Positions 9,692-20,184 of a stretch of DNA of 64,000 nt are shown here, piece after piece (the first letter of the stretch is position 1; every line of letters begins with the position of its first letter). The stretch comes from an uncultured Pelagibacteraceae bacterium (lineage in GTDB: Bacteria; Pseudomonadota; Alphaproteobacteria; Pelagibacterales; Pelagibacteraceae). The notes under the pieces were generated by a model, which worked only from the letters and a program-made list of their open reading frames with translations, made no database searches and was not told the DNA's origin. Made by a program: the position numbers and the translations under genes. The DNA lies in the NCBI GenBank assembly GCA_902550805.1, contig CACDAL010000003.1, positions 8,929-72,928 of the forward strand. The letters run 5' to 3'.

Positions 9692-10559
9692 AATTAAGAA
9701 AGAATTTTTTTAATTGTTTAATTGTTTCTTTTGGATTTTGCTCAGGAATAAAATGACCAGATTTAATTTCAAATCCAATAACTTTATTATTTGAATATTT
9801 CTTCCATATTTTTAATGGTTTAAATTGTTTTCCTATAACTCCATTTTTTCCCCACAACACTTGTATTGGTATATTTAGTAATTTCTTTCGGTCTTTTTTA
9901 TCATGTCTCAAATCTATAGTAGCAGCAGCTCTATAATCTTCACATGTTGCATGAATTCTTTTTAATTGTTTGAAAGTTTTTAAATAATTTTCTTCAACAT
10001 TGCCAAATTTATGTCTACCTGACCATTTGTCTAAGCAGTTTTGCATCCATTTTCTTGGATCAGACTTTATCATTCTTTCAGGAAGCCATTTTGGTTGAAT
10101 TAAAAAATACCAATGAAAATAACTTTTAGCAAAATTCATATTAGTATGTTCATACATGTCTAAAGTTGGACATATATCTAAAACTGAAATTGCTATTACA
10201 TTTTTTTTATTATCTCTAGCCATTCTATGAGCTACTCTTCCACCTCTATCATGTCCAGCAACAAAAAATCTTTTATGTCCAAGTTTTTTCATTAACTGAA
10301 TCATATCTTTTGCCATTTCTCTTTTAGAGTAATTAGAATGAATTTTATCTCCTGGTAATACAAAACTAGATCCATACCCACGCAAATCTGCAGCAACAAT
10401 TGTAAAGTTTTTTGCTAGTCCTGGCGCTGTTTTATGCCACATTAAATGTGTTTGCGGATAACCATGCAATAATAATAAAGGAAAACCCTTTCCACCAATT
10501 CTGCAAAATATTTTTCCTTTTTTAACTTTAACAAATTTTTTCGAAAATCCTTTAAACAT
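9684..10559 (-). CDS. Haloacetate (fluoroacetate) dehalogenase-like alpha/beta hydrolase
   Basis: LLHGYPQTH.MW, DLRGYG, nucleophile GHDRGGRV, YFHWYF, CEDYRAAA, GHFIPE. Confidence 0.85.
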   Translation of the reverse strand: MFKGFSKKFVKVKKGKIFCRIGGKGFPLLLLHGYPQTHLMWHKTAPGLAKNFTIVAADLRGYGSSFVLPGDKIHSNYSKREMAKDMIQLMKKLGHKRFFVAGHDRGGRVAHRMARDNKKNVIAISVLDICPTLDMYEHTNMNFAKSYFHWYFLIQPKWLPERMIKSDPRKWMQNCLDKWSGRHKFGNVEENYLKTFKQLKRIHATCEDYRAAATIDLRHDKKDRKKLLNIPIQVLWGKNGVIGKQFKPLKIWKKYSNNKVIGFEIKSGHFIPEQNPKETIKQLKKFFLNYV

Positions 10560-10671
10560 TTATTCTATGATACTATCAGTATATTTATAGTTGAAAATAT
10601 TGAATTATTCTTGTGTATATTATTAAAATATAATTTGAATTTTATAAGATGCTCTGTATAAGTTCGGATTT

Positions 10672-11706
10672 GTGAGAATTGAAGAAGAACTTAAATTAGA
10701 CTATTCAGACGTACTTTTTAGACCAAAACGAAGTACACTTTCAAGCCGCAAAGATGTAAATCTCAAAAGAACTTATAGATTTAAATACAGTGGCAATGAG
10801 TGGTCTGGAATTCCAATAATGGCTGCTAATATGGATGGCGTTGGAGAATTAGAGATTGCCGAAAACTTATCAGATACAGATATGATAACTTGTTTAACCA
10901 AACAGCACGACGTAAAAAAAATAAAAAAGTTTAAAAAAATTAAGTCTATATACAAAAATATTGCTATTAGCATTGGTATAAAAGATGAAGATTTCAAAAG
11001 GTTGGACGCTATACTTAAAGAATTTAGTTTTATTAAATTTATCTGTATCGATGTTGCAAATGGATATTCTGAGCATTTTAGTAAGTATTTAAAATCTGTT
11101 AGAGATAAATACCCTACAAAAACTATTATAGCTGGCAACGTTGTTACAGCTGACATGGCTCAAGAGTTAGTTTTAAGTGGAGCTGATATCGTAAAAGTTG
11201 GAATAGGACCAGGGAGTGTTTGCACAACTCGTATCCAAACAGGAGTAGGATATCCTCAGTTAAGTGCTGTGATTGAATGCGCAGATGCCGCTCATGGTTT
11301 AGGAGCTCATATTATTGCTGACGGAGGATGTACATGTCCTGGGGATGTTGCTAAGGGATTTGGAGCAGGAGCAGATTTTGTAATGCTTGGAGGAATGTTT
11401 GCTGGGCATGATGAAGGTGGTGGAAAAATTATTAAATCAAATGGAAGTAAATATATTGAATTTTATGGATCAAGTTCAGATACAGCTAACAAAAAACATT
11501 ATGGTGGCTTATCAGACTATAGAAGTAGCGAAGGAAGAAGTGTAAAATTAAAATATAGAGGAAAAATAAAAGATACAATTTCAAATATATTGGGCGGTGT
11601 CAGAAGTAGCTGTACATATGTTGGAGCTCCATCTTTAAAACAATTAAGTAAATGTACGACTTTTGTTAGAGTGTCTAATCAATTTAATGATACTTTTGTA
11701 AAATAA
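10672..11706 (+). CDS. guaC: GMP reductase
   Basis: [25 protein letters not shown], catalytic [32 protein letters not shown] start. Confidence 0.95.
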   Translation: MRIEEELKLDYSDVLFRPKRSTLSSRKDVNLKRTYRFKYSGNEWSGIPIMAANMDGVGELEIAENLSDTDMITCLTKQHDVKKIKKFKKIKSIYKNIAISIGIKDEDFKRLDAILKEFSFIKFICIDVANGYSEHFSKYLKSVRDKYPTKTIIAGNVVTADMAQELVLSGADIVKVGIGPGSVCTTRIQTGVGYPQLSAVIECADAAHGLGAHIIADGGCTCPGDVAKGFGAGADFVMLGGMFAGHDEGGGKIIKSNGSKYIEFYGSSSDTANKKHYGGLSDYRSSEGRSVKLKYRGKIKDTISNILGGVRSSCTYVGAPSLKQLSKCTTFVRVSNQFNDTFVK

Positions 11707-11707
11707 A

Positions 11708-14149
11708 TTAAGATTTAATATCTTTATTATTTAAAGGATTTAATAGAACTTCTGCTGAATATTTTTTTTTCTCCACTTCTATAAATAATTTTTTACTTTC
11801 TAAATCTTTAATAAAATCATCAGAATTTATATATCCGAAAGATAAATTTTTATTAAAGATAAATGAATAATTTCCAGATGTTGTTCTTCCAACTATGTCA
11901 TCATCTAAATAGATGGGCTCATCGTGTAATAACAGTGGTTTTCCAGGTTCATTATCTTTCAAAGTAAACATCAATAGTTTTTTTGTTATTTTTTTATCTT
12001 TAATTTTTAATAAGGCTTTTTTGCCTATAAAATCTATATTTTTTTTAAAACTAATAGTAAATTGAAGTCCTGCTTGGTATTGATTTTCTTCTGGAGAAAT
12101 ATCATGACCCCAATGTAAATATCCACTTTCCATTCTCATTGTATCCATTGCGTGAACTCCACATTGACAAAGATTAAACTCTTTTCCAGTTTCTACTATT
12201 AATTTATATATTTCTGTTGCTTCATTCATTTTTATATAAAGTTCTAAACCTAACTCTCCCACATATGATAATCGTTGCGCCCAAATTTCTTTATCTTTAA
12301 CCTTAATTGTTTTGCCTCTTCCAAATTTTAAACTTTCATTTGATAAATCATCTTTAGTTAATCTTGATATTAATTCTTTACTTTTTGGTCCAAATACACC
12401 TAGACAAGCTATGTCATCAGTTACATCTGTAAATTCTACTTCGTTAGATAAATGTTTTGATATGTGAAATTTGTCATGCTCTCTATTTGCCGCTGCAGTC
12501 ACAATTCTAAAATAATTTTTACCCATACAAACTACTGTTAAATCAGTCTCGATTCCCCCTTCTTCATTGAGCATGTGTGTATAGGTTGTTCTTCCAATTT
12601 CATTTTTAATATTTGCTGTACATATTCTTTGAAGTTCTTGATGTGCTTTTTCACCTTTTAATTCATATTTTGAGAAAGCTGTAAGATCAAATAAACCTAC
12701 ATTTTTCCTGGTATTTTTTGTTTCAAATTCTACAGATGGATACCAGTTTTGATAATTAAAGCTGTAATTATACTTTGGTTCTTGTCCATTTCTTGCAAAC
12801 CACATTGGTCTTTCATATCCAGCAGAATTTCCAAAACATGCGCCAGCTTTTTTTAATTCATTATGATATGGAACAAGTTTTATATTTCTTGATGTGGAAT
12901 GTTGTTTATAAGGCCAATGCATTCCATATAGATCACCTAAAGTTTCGGTAACACGTTCCATAATAAATTTTTTTGAAGAATGAAATTTTTGAAATCTTTT
13001 AATATCTAATGAAAATATATCCTCATTTAAATATCCATTAATTATCCATTCTGCTGTAATTTTGCCCGCTCCTCCTGCGCTTGCAATACCTATGCTATTA
13101 AATCCACAACAAGTAAAAAGATTTTTTACCTCAGGTGTTTCACCTAATAAATATTGAGTGTCGGGTGTAAATGATTCTGGGCCTGAAAAAAATTTTCTAA
13201 TTCCAGCATTTTCTAAAATTGGCAATCTATGAAAAGATTTTTCTAAATATGGTTCAAAATGATCAAAATCATCAGGAAATTCACCAAAAGAAAAATCTTC
13301 AGGAACTATTCCGCTATCTTTAAAAGCAGGTTTTGCATTTGGCTCAAAAATACCGACCAACATTTTTCCAGCATCTTCTTTTAAATACAAGCATGCATTA
13401 TAATCCCTAAGCACCGGAAGATTTGCAGGCAAATTCTTCATTGCTTCTGTGATAATATAAAAATGTTCGTTAGGATAAAGAGGAACGCTTACATCTATAT
13501 CTTCGCCGATTTGTCTTGACCACATTCCGGTTGCTAAAACAACATAATCACATTCTATTTTTCCTTGATCGGTTTCTACACCAATAATTTTTTTATCTTT
13601 AACTAATATTTTTGTAACAGGAGTTTTTTCAAATATTTGAACTCCTTCCATTTTTGATGCTTTTGCAAGAACATTTGTCACACCAACTGGATCTGCCTGT
13701 CCATCTTTAGGCATGTAAACACTACCAAGTATATCTTTATCATTTATTACCGGGTAAAGATCTTTGGTTTTTTTTTTATCAAGTATTTCTGCCTCAACTC
13801 CAAATAATTGGGCTGTTGTTGCTTGTCTTGATAATTCTTGAAGTCTATCTTTCGTTGTAGCAACAGTTATTGCTCCGTTTTGCTTTAGACCTGTTGACAA
13901 ACCAGTAGTTTTCTCAAGTTCTTTATATAAATCTAAAGAATATTTTCTAAGTTTTGTAATAACTGATGTTGCTCCTAATTGACCAACAAGACCAGCGGCA
14001 TGCCAAGTAGTTCCTGATGTTAATTGATCTCTTTCTAATAATATCACATCCTTCCATCCAAATTTTGCTAAATGATATGCACATGAAGTTCCTGCTACCC
14101 CACCTCCAATAACAACTACTTTTGTACTTAATGGTATCTTTTTATTCAT
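11708..14149 (-). CDS. Dimethylglycine/sarcosine dehydrogenase-like FAD + GcvT-domain protein
   Basis: GGGVAG, TSGTTWHAAGL, GPESFTPD, GYERP.WF, SYVGELG.EL, MRMESGY..WG. Confidence 0.88.
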   Translation of the reverse strand: MNKKIPLSTKVVVIGGGVAGTSCAYHLAKFGWKDVILLERDQLTSGTTWHAAGLVGQLGATSVITKLRKYSLDLYKELEKTTGLSTGLKQNGAITVATTKDRLQELSRQATTAQLFGVEAEILDKKKTKDLYPVINDKDILGSVYMPKDGQADPVGVTNVLAKASKMEGVQIFEKTPVTKILVKDKKIIGVETDQGKIECDYVVLATGMWSRQIGEDIDVSVPLYPNEHFYIITEAMKNLPANLPVLRDYNACLYLKEDAGKMLVGIFEPNAKPAFKDSGIVPEDFSFGEFPDDFDHFEPYLEKSFHRLPILENAGIRKFFSGPESFTPDTQYLLGETPEVKNLFTCCGFNSIGIASAGGAGKITAEWIINGYLNEDIFSLDIKRFQKFHSSKKFIMERVTETLGDLYGMHWPYKQHSTSRNIKLVPYHNELKKAGACFGNSAGYERPMWFARNGQEPKYNYSFNYQNWYPSVEFETKNTRKNVGLFDLTAFSKYELKGEKAHQELQRICTANIKNEIGRTTYTHMLNEEGGIETDLTVVCMGKNYFRIVTAAANREHDKFHISKHLSNEVEFTDVTDDIACLGVFGPKSKELISRLTKDDLSNESLKFGRGKTIKVKDKEIWAQRLSYVGELGLELYIKMNEATEIYKLIVETGKEFNLCQCGVHAMDTMRMESGYLHWGHDISPEENQYQAGLQFTISFKKNIDFIGKKALLKIKDKKITKKLLMFTLKDNEPGKPLLLHDEPIYLDDDIVGRTTSGNYSFIFNKNLSFGYINSDDFIKDLESKKLFIEVEKKKYSAEVLLNPLNNKDIKS

Positions 14150-14190
14150 TTTAAAACGCTTATATTAATCATATAAGTCAAACAAAAAAT

Positions 14191-15177
14191 ATGAAAAATA
14201 TTCTTATTACTGGTGGGGCTGGATATATAGGTAGTCATATAGCTGAACTGCTCCTAAATAAAAACAATAATATATTTATAATTGATAATTTGGCCAGAGG
14301 GTCAAAAAAACTATTAAATAAGAGAGTTTTTTTTATAAAACAAAATATTGTAAATTATGAAAAAGTAAAAAAAATATTAATACAGAATAAAATTGATTCT
14401 ATTATTCATTTGGCTGCTTTAACAGATGTTCAAGATTCTGAAAAAAATAAATTAAAATATTTTAAAAACAATATATTGGGAACTCAAAAATTAATTGAAG
14501 CTACTGAAGACTCATATGTAAAAAACATAATTTATTCGTCTTCTGCTGGAATTTATGGAAATAGCAAAAGTCCAGTTAATGAGAATAGTAAAATAAAACC
14601 TATAAACAATTACGCACTAACAAAATTAAAAGGTGAAGAAATTATAAAAAAATATTCTAAAAAGTTTAAATATAATTTTTGTATATTAAGATATTTCAAT
14701 GTATGTGGTGCAAGCCCAAGTGGAAAAATTGGAATTATTAATAATAAAAATAAAAGTTTATTTAAAATAATTGCTAGTCAAGCACTAAAAAAAAATCCTA
14801 TGGTAAATATTTTTGGAAATAATTTTAAAACAAAAGATGGAACTTGTATCAGGGATTATATCCATGTAAGTGATCTCGCGAGCATACATAATTTAATGTT
14901 AAAATATATTAATAAAAAAAATAAGTCTTACACGCTAAATTGTGGATACGGTAAAGGTTACTCTGTACTAGAGGTTATAAAAAAATTTGAAAAAATAATA
15001 AAAAAAAAAATAAAAATAAAAATTAAAAAAAAAAGAAAGGGAGAAATTATAGTCAGCTATTCAAATATTTCAAAACTTCAAAAATTAATTAAATGGAATC
15101 CAAAATTTAACAACCTGAATAAAATGGTAAAAAGTTCCTTTGCTTGGGAAAAAAAACTGCTTAAAATGGAAAAATAG
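14191..15177 (+). CDS. galE: UDP-glucose 4-epimerase
   Basis: TGGAGYIGSH, HLAA, SSSA.IYG, YxxxK, LRYFNV.GA, DGTCIRDYIHV.DLA. Confidence 0.88.
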   Translation: MKNILITGGAGYIGSHIAELLLNKNNNIFIIDNLARGSKKLLNKRVFFIKQNIVNYEKVKKILIQNKIDSIIHLAALTDVQDSEKNKLKYFKNNILGTQKLIEATEDSYVKNIIYSSSAGIYGNSKSPVNENSKIKPINNYALTKLKGEEIIKKYSKKFKYNFCILRYFNVCGASPSGKIGIINNKNKSLFKIIASQALKKNPMVNIFGNNFKTKDGTCIRDYIHVSDLASIHNLMLKYINKKNKSYTLNCGYGKGYSVLEVIKKFEKIIKKKIKIKIKKKRKGEIIVSYSNISKLQKLIKWNPKFNNLNKMVKSSFAWEKKLLKMEK

Positions 15178-15331
15178 TTTTGGAAACTCTACAAGATTTA
15201 CATAATTTAAATCCGGTAAGAATCAAATTTTGAGAAACACTTTCATCTTCATTTCTGCATTCCTCGCATTTATTATTTAATTCATTTACATCGATTTCAT
15301 TCAATTCTTTAGATAAAGTTTCATCAATCAT
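15161..15331 (-). CDS. Small CxxC...CxxC protein, 56 aa (not in ORF track)
   Basis: Hand translation MIDETLSKELNEIDVNELNNKCEECRNEDESVSQNLILTGFKLCKSCRVSKTIFPF; start overlaps the upstream stop (ATGATTGA) and the ORF fills the gap. Confidence 0.7.
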   Translation of the reverse strand: MIDETLSKELNEIDVNELNNKCEECRNEDESVSQNLILTGFKLCKSCRVSKTIFPF

Positions 15332-15935
15332 TATCTGTTAACCCCGCGCCAGCAGCTGTTTTTTTTAAACTATCTGTTTCTTCCACGTATGTTTTTTCAG
15401 ATAATTTATATAATTCAGTCCATTCATCATCGTTAAAAGTGTCTTTGTTTTCTAAAAAACTTAAATTAATTCTTTCAGATTTTTCTAATATTTCCCCACT
15501 AAGATAATTTGAATAGATTGATTGATTAAAATTAAATAAAAATTCTTTATCATCCATTTTTAAAAATATTCTTTTTCCTACAACTTCGGATGCTCTGCTA
15601 ACAAAAGAAATGAATAATAACGGAAAAGCTATATTGGAAATTTCTAAATCAACAAATTTTGAAACTACTGAAGATTGATCTAAAAAATTAATTCCTGAAA
15701 GTATAGGACAATAATGACCTTTGGGAGAATTTGACTTTGAAAACTCTCTAATGTCTTCAAAATTGCTTATCTTATAAATTTTATAATATTGATTAATATT
15801 TTTTATTCCCGGCAATCCAAACATTTCAAGTAGACGAACATTTTTTCCTACTTCTTCAGATATTCCCCAAGAAAATCCTATTGCACGAGTTGCTCGTTTA
15901 ACTGTCGTTTCTATTTCACTAAAACTTCTCATCAA
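15324..15935 (-). CDS. DUF3726-like protein
   Basis: N-terminal SFSEIE...KRATRA.GFSWG..EE.G and C-terminal AGAGLTDND recalled as DUF3726 features. Confidence 0.7.
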   Translation of the reverse strand: MMRSFSEIETTVKRATRAIGFSWGISEEVGKNVRLLEMFGLPGIKNINQYYKIYKISNFEDIREFSKSNSPKGHYCPILSGINFLDQSSVVSKFVDLEISNIAFPLLFISFVSRASEVVGKRIFLKMDDKEFLFNFNQSIYSNYLSGEILEKSERINLSFLENKDTFNDDEWTELYKLSEKTYVEETDSLKKTAAGAGLTDND

Positions 15936-17596
15936 TTTAAAGAATTGTATATCCAGCTATTGTTAAATGATTTTAAATCCATCGGCAATGGAGCTCCCTG
16001 AAACATACAAATTCTTAACCATTTATCAGATCTTGGATCAAATTTATTAGCTCCAAAAAAAGATAATTTTAATCTTAACATATCAATCGGCATAAGTTCA
16101 GATCCAATTGTATTGTCTTGAATTTCAGCATACGGAAATTTTTCTGTTATAAAAGCTCTTCTGACAACATGTCTTAGATCGTTATTTTCATTTAAGAAAC
16201 TTCCAATCTTTAGACTATTTTTTTTCGTAAAAATTATTTCATACAATTTATTTATATCTCTTGCTATTGCGAGTGGTTGCTCTAAATCTGAGCCTTCCTC
16301 GATGTATCTATTGGAGACTCTTGGCTCTTCTTTATTTTTAGATATAAACCAAAAATTTTGATTATTTTCTTTTTTAGAAAAATCTATTTTTAAAATTTCA
16401 GAATAATTTTTTTCTAAAATATTTCTTAAATCCTCTACAGTTCTTTCAGAAGGAATATCAAAGTACCTATCTTCATCGGCGCTCATTTTATTAATTAAAG
16501 GACTAATAATTTTATCATAAGGTTCCATCATCATTGAAACTATATACTCAATACATTCATCTTTTAAATTTTTTTCTATCCAATTATAAATTTGATTAAA
16601 CTGATAATGCTCTTCGAAATCAAATTCATCCTTGATAAATTTAATAAATTTTTTCAAATCATTAATTAAGCCATTAATTTTTTTATTTTGAAAATCACTT
16701 TCAGTATTCCAACTTGTAACATTATCTAAGGATTTAACTAAACAGTTATAAAAAAATTCAAATTCTGATTTAGATACTTTTTCGATTTCTCTTATTCGTT
16801 TTAAGGCTATTTCTCTAGCCATTATCCAATTATTTAAAAGTATCGGATGATTAACAATAAATGGGGCCATTCCTAATCCTGTTGAATTGCCAATTCCTAG
16901 ATTCCTACAAATTTCAATATCAAGCTCTACTGCTAACTTGGGATTTTTATTTTTAGCTATATGGTTTACTTGATCAAATGTAAATTGTCTTACCAAATAA
17001 ACCAGCATCATTTCAAGTCTAAATGGTCCAAAGATCTCATCTCTATTTTTTATTCTAAATCTATCAGCCAATCCAAACTTACCAGAACCATATACTGCTG
17101 TGGTTCTGTATAAATATCCTACTTTTGATAATGTTTTTTTATTTGGCTGTTTGCCATTTGAAAGTGACTCGATCACATGTTCAAATATTCTTACTGATTT
17201 GTTGGCTCTAGAAAGAGCTAATTCTTTATAAGATAACCTGCCAACCTCTTGCTTGGGTACATTATTATACAATCTATCCAAATCTTGTTTCGATGGAATT
17301 CCATCGTGCAATGCAAATGCGGCATCCCATTTAGTTGCGATTACTCTGTCCGATCTCTCATCATCTTTTATTTCATTAGCAAAGCAAACAAGTGAATAAG
17401 TTCTTTTATTTTTTGAAAAAGAATATACCGCAGTTCCAAATCCTTTTTCATTTAATTGAAACAAATCTCTATTGTAGTCCCAATCTTTAAATTCTTCTAA
17501 AAACGACCTTAAAAAAGATAATTTAGATTGATGAAATGAACCAAGTTTAGATAGTTTCATCAAACTTTTTGGATCTCTTAATTTTACTTCCATCAA
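15932..17596 (-). CDS. Conserved hypothetical protein (554 aa)
   Basis: Long ORF translationally coupled on both sides; motif-like blocks RSDRVIA.KWD, RTTAVYGSGKFG, GNSTGLGMAPF, FDPRSDKW.RI.MFQGAP. Confidence 0.75.
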   Translation of the reverse strand: MMEVKLRDPKSLMKLSKLGSFHQSKLSFLRSFLEEFKDWDYNRDLFQLNEKGFGTAVYSFSKNKRTYSLVCFANEIKDDERSDRVIATKWDAAFALHDGIPSKQDLDRLYNNVPKQEVGRLSYKELALSRANKSVRIFEHVIESLSNGKQPNKKTLSKVGYLYRTTAVYGSGKFGLADRFRIKNRDEIFGPFRLEMMLVYLVRQFTFDQVNHIAKNKNPKLAVELDIEICRNLGIGNSTGLGMAPFIVNHPILLNNWIMAREIALKRIREIEKVSKSEFEFFYNCLVKSLDNVTSWNTESDFQNKKINGLINDLKKFIKFIKDEFDFEEHYQFNQIYNWIEKNLKDECIEYIVSMMMEPYDKIISPLINKMSADEDRYFDIPSERTVEDLRNILEKNYSEILKIDFSKKENNQNFWFISKNKEEPRVSNRYIEEGSDLEQPLAIARDINKLYEIIFTKKNSLKIGSFLNENNDLRHVVRRAFITEKFPYAEIQDNTIGSELMPIDMLRLKLSFFGANKFDPRSDKWLRICMFQGAPLPMDLKSFNNSWIYNSLN

Positions 17597-18561
17597 TTAA
17601 TACCTTTATAAAAATTAAACCAATTATTTCCTAAAATTCCATTTATCTCATCATCGTTGAAACCAACTTTTTTTAAACCAATCTCTATATTACCAAATCC
17701 TCTAGCATCAAAAAACCAATCAGGTTGTTTTGGAAATTCTGGTTTATCTTTACTGCCTTCTCCATAATTTTTTTCTTTTGTCCAAGTTCCATTTCGCATC
17801 CATTCAACAACGCTATTTGGTTGATAAAGACATAGATCTGATCCTATTCCTAAATTATTAACTCCCATTATATCGGCGGTTCTAGCCACCATTTCGCAAA
17901 AACTTTCTAGTTTACAATCTTTGCTATCTTTTAAATGATGTGAATACAAAGACAGCCCAAGCATACCTCCGCTTTCTGATAAACTTCTTAGTAATTTTTC
18001 AGATTTATTTCTTTTTGCTTCATGCCAAAATGAAGGGTTGGCATGAGTAATTGCTATTGGTTTTTGACTTATTTCAATTGCATCTAATGTGCTTTTTTCT
18101 GCAGAATGAGACATGTCAATAACTATTCCAACTCTATTCATTTCTTTTATCACTTCACGTCCAAAGTTTGTAATTCCGCTATCGATTTTTTCATAACATC
18201 CTGTGGCTAAAAGAGATTGATTATTATATGTGAGTTGCATAAATCTACATCCATGTTCATGAACTTTTTCAACCAATTTAATATCATCTTCTATTGGTGA
18301 ACAGTTTTGAAAACCAAAAAAAATTGCAGTTTTATTTTCAGATTTAGCTTTAGCTATATCTTTATAATCTTTACCTAAAAAAATTAGATCTGAATTATCA
18401 TTAAATAATTTGTTCCATTGATTTAATCTTTCCAGAAATTCATCATAGTCTTCATGGTAAACAATTGTAACGTGAACAGCATCTAATCCTGCTTCTTTAT
18501 TAATTTGAAATACTTCTCTAGACCAATTACAATATTGAAGATTGTCAATTCTATAATTCAT
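17593..18561 (-). CDS. Membrane (renal-type, M19) dipeptidase family protein
   Basis: MQLTYN, EMNRVG.VIDMSH, THAN, RNK, GIGSD, ILGNNW. Lacks the N-terminal HxD (has IDNLQY). Confidence 0.85.
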   Translation of the reverse strand: MNYRIDNLQYCNWSREVFQINKEAGLDAVHVTIVYHEDYDEFLERLNQWNKLFNDNSDLIFLGKDYKDIAKAKSENKTAIFFGFQNCSPIEDDIKLVEKVHEHGCRFMQLTYNNQSLLATGCYEKIDSGITNFGREVIKEMNRVGIVIDMSHSAEKSTLDAIEISQKPIAITHANPSFWHEAKRNKSEKLLRSLSESGGMLGLSLYSHHLKDSKDCKLESFCEMVARTADIMGVNNLGIGSDLCLYQPNSVVEWMRNGTWTKEKNYGEGSKDKPEFPKQPDWFFDARGFGNIEIGLKKVGFNDDEINGILGNNWFNFYKGIN

Positions 18562-18651
18562 ATATTAAGACATTATAATTATAATTTAATTTGTCGACTA
18601 GTTAATATCTAGAGAATATGCTATTCTAATTACATAATTCAAAATCACAAA

Positions 18652-19140
18652 ATGAAAAAAATTAGTCATAAAGTATCAATTGTTATGGGTAGTAAGTCAG
18701 ATTACTCGACCATGAAATTATGTGAAAAAGTATTAAGAATATTAAAAGTAAATTTTGAAACAAACATAGTTTCAGCTCATCGTACTCCAGAAAGAATGTT
18801 CAAATTTGCAAAATCTGCAGAAAATAGGAATATTTCTGTAATTATTGCTGGCGCTGGTGGATCAGCTCATTTACCTGGAATGATAGCTTCTTTGACTAGA
18901 ATACCTGTTATTGGAGTTCCTATTGAAAGTAAAAAATTAAAAGGATTGGATAGTTTATTATCAATTGCACAAATGCCAAAAGGTATACCGGTAGGAACTG
19001 TCGCTATTGGTAAAGATGGAGCTATTAACGCTAGTCTTTTTGCCGCTTCAATTATTTCTAATTTTGATAACAAAATTAGAAATAATTTAAATAAATGGCG
19101 ATCTAAACAATCTAAATCAGTAAAAAAAAAACCGAAATAA
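18652..19140 (+). CDS. purE: N5-CAIR mutase
   Basis: [40 protein letters not shown]. Confidence 0.97.
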   Translation: MKKISHKVSIVMGSKSDYSTMKLCEKVLRILKVNFETNIVSAHRTPERMFKFAKSAENRNISVIIAGAGGSAHLPGMIASLTRIPVIGVPIESKKLKGLDSLLSIAQMPKGIPVGTVAIGKDGAINASLFAASIISNFDNKIRNNLNKWRSKQSKSVKKKPK

Positions 19141-20184
19141 ATGTCTAAGCCAACATTAGGAATAATAGGCGGTGGCCAATTAGGTGGTTTATTGTCAGAA
19201 GCTGCAAAAAAAATTGAAATTAAAACTGTCGTACTTAGTGACGATAAAGATGCACCAGCCAAACATTTCGCAGATATATTTATTTACGGAAGTTATAATG
19301 ATCAAGAGGTAATTAAAAAATTTATTAATATAGTAGATTTAGTTACATTTGAATTTGAAAATATACCATTCAATGTATTAAAAAAAATTAATCTAGAAAA
19401 AGCTGTTTTGCCAAAACCTGAGATTAATAAGTTAATTCAAAATAGATTAACAGAAAAAGATTTTTTAAATAAATATAATATTCAAACAACCAAATATGCA
19501 TTAATAAAAGATGCAGAAGATATTAAATTAAATGAAAATTTAATTCCTGGTTTTTTAAAAACTTGTACGTTTGGATATGACGGCAAAGGTCAATATAAAT
19601 TAAATAATATAGATGACCTAAATAATAATATTGATTTCACAAAAGAATATATTTTAGAAAAACTTATTAATCTTAAAAAAGAAATATCAGTTATTATAAC
19701 TAGATTTGGTCATCAAAAATATGAAATCTATGAACCGATAGAAAATATTCACGAAGATCAGATTTTAAAAAATTCAAAAATTCCAGCAGAAATTTCGGAA
19801 CAAATCATAAAAAAATCAAAAAACTGGTCAATGACAATTTCGGAAGAACTAGATTATATTGGAACTTTATGTGTAGAATTTTTCATTGATAAAAATGACA
19901 ATTTGTATGTTAATGAAATTGCACCACGAGTTCATAATTCTGGACATCTTACAATTAATTCTCATAACATTAGTCAATTTGAAAACCATATAAGAGCAGT
20001 ATGTGGTCTTGAAAAAATTGAGACAAAAAAATTATATAATGCAAAAATGTTTAACCTTATTGGCGATAATATTTCTAATTTTAGAGGAAAAACTTTTAAA
20101 AATAATGAATTTTTTTACGATTATCTTAAAACTGAAATCAGAGACAAAAGGAAAATGGGACACTTAACAATTATTGAAAAGTAA
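19141..20184 (+). CDS. purK: N5-CAIR synthase
   Basis: GGGQLG, TFEFEN, GYDGKGQ, NEIAPRVHNSGH, RKMGH; directly follows purE. Confidence 0.96.
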   Translation: MSKPTLGIIGGGQLGGLLSEAAKKIEIKTVVLSDDKDAPAKHFADIFIYGSYNDQEVIKKFINIVDLVTFEFENIPFNVLKKINLEKAVLPKPEINKLIQNRLTEKDFLNKYNIQTTKYALIKDAEDIKLNENLIPGFLKTCTFGYDGKGQYKLNNIDDLNNNIDFTKEYILEKLINLKKEISVIITRFGHQKYEIYEPIENIHEDQILKNSKIPAEISEQIIKKSKNWSMTISEELDYIGTLCVEFFIDKNDNLYVNEIAPRVHNSGHLTINSHNISQFENHIRAVCGLEKIETKKLYNAKMFNLIGDNISNFRGKTFKNNEFFYDYLKTEIRDKRKMGHLTIIEK

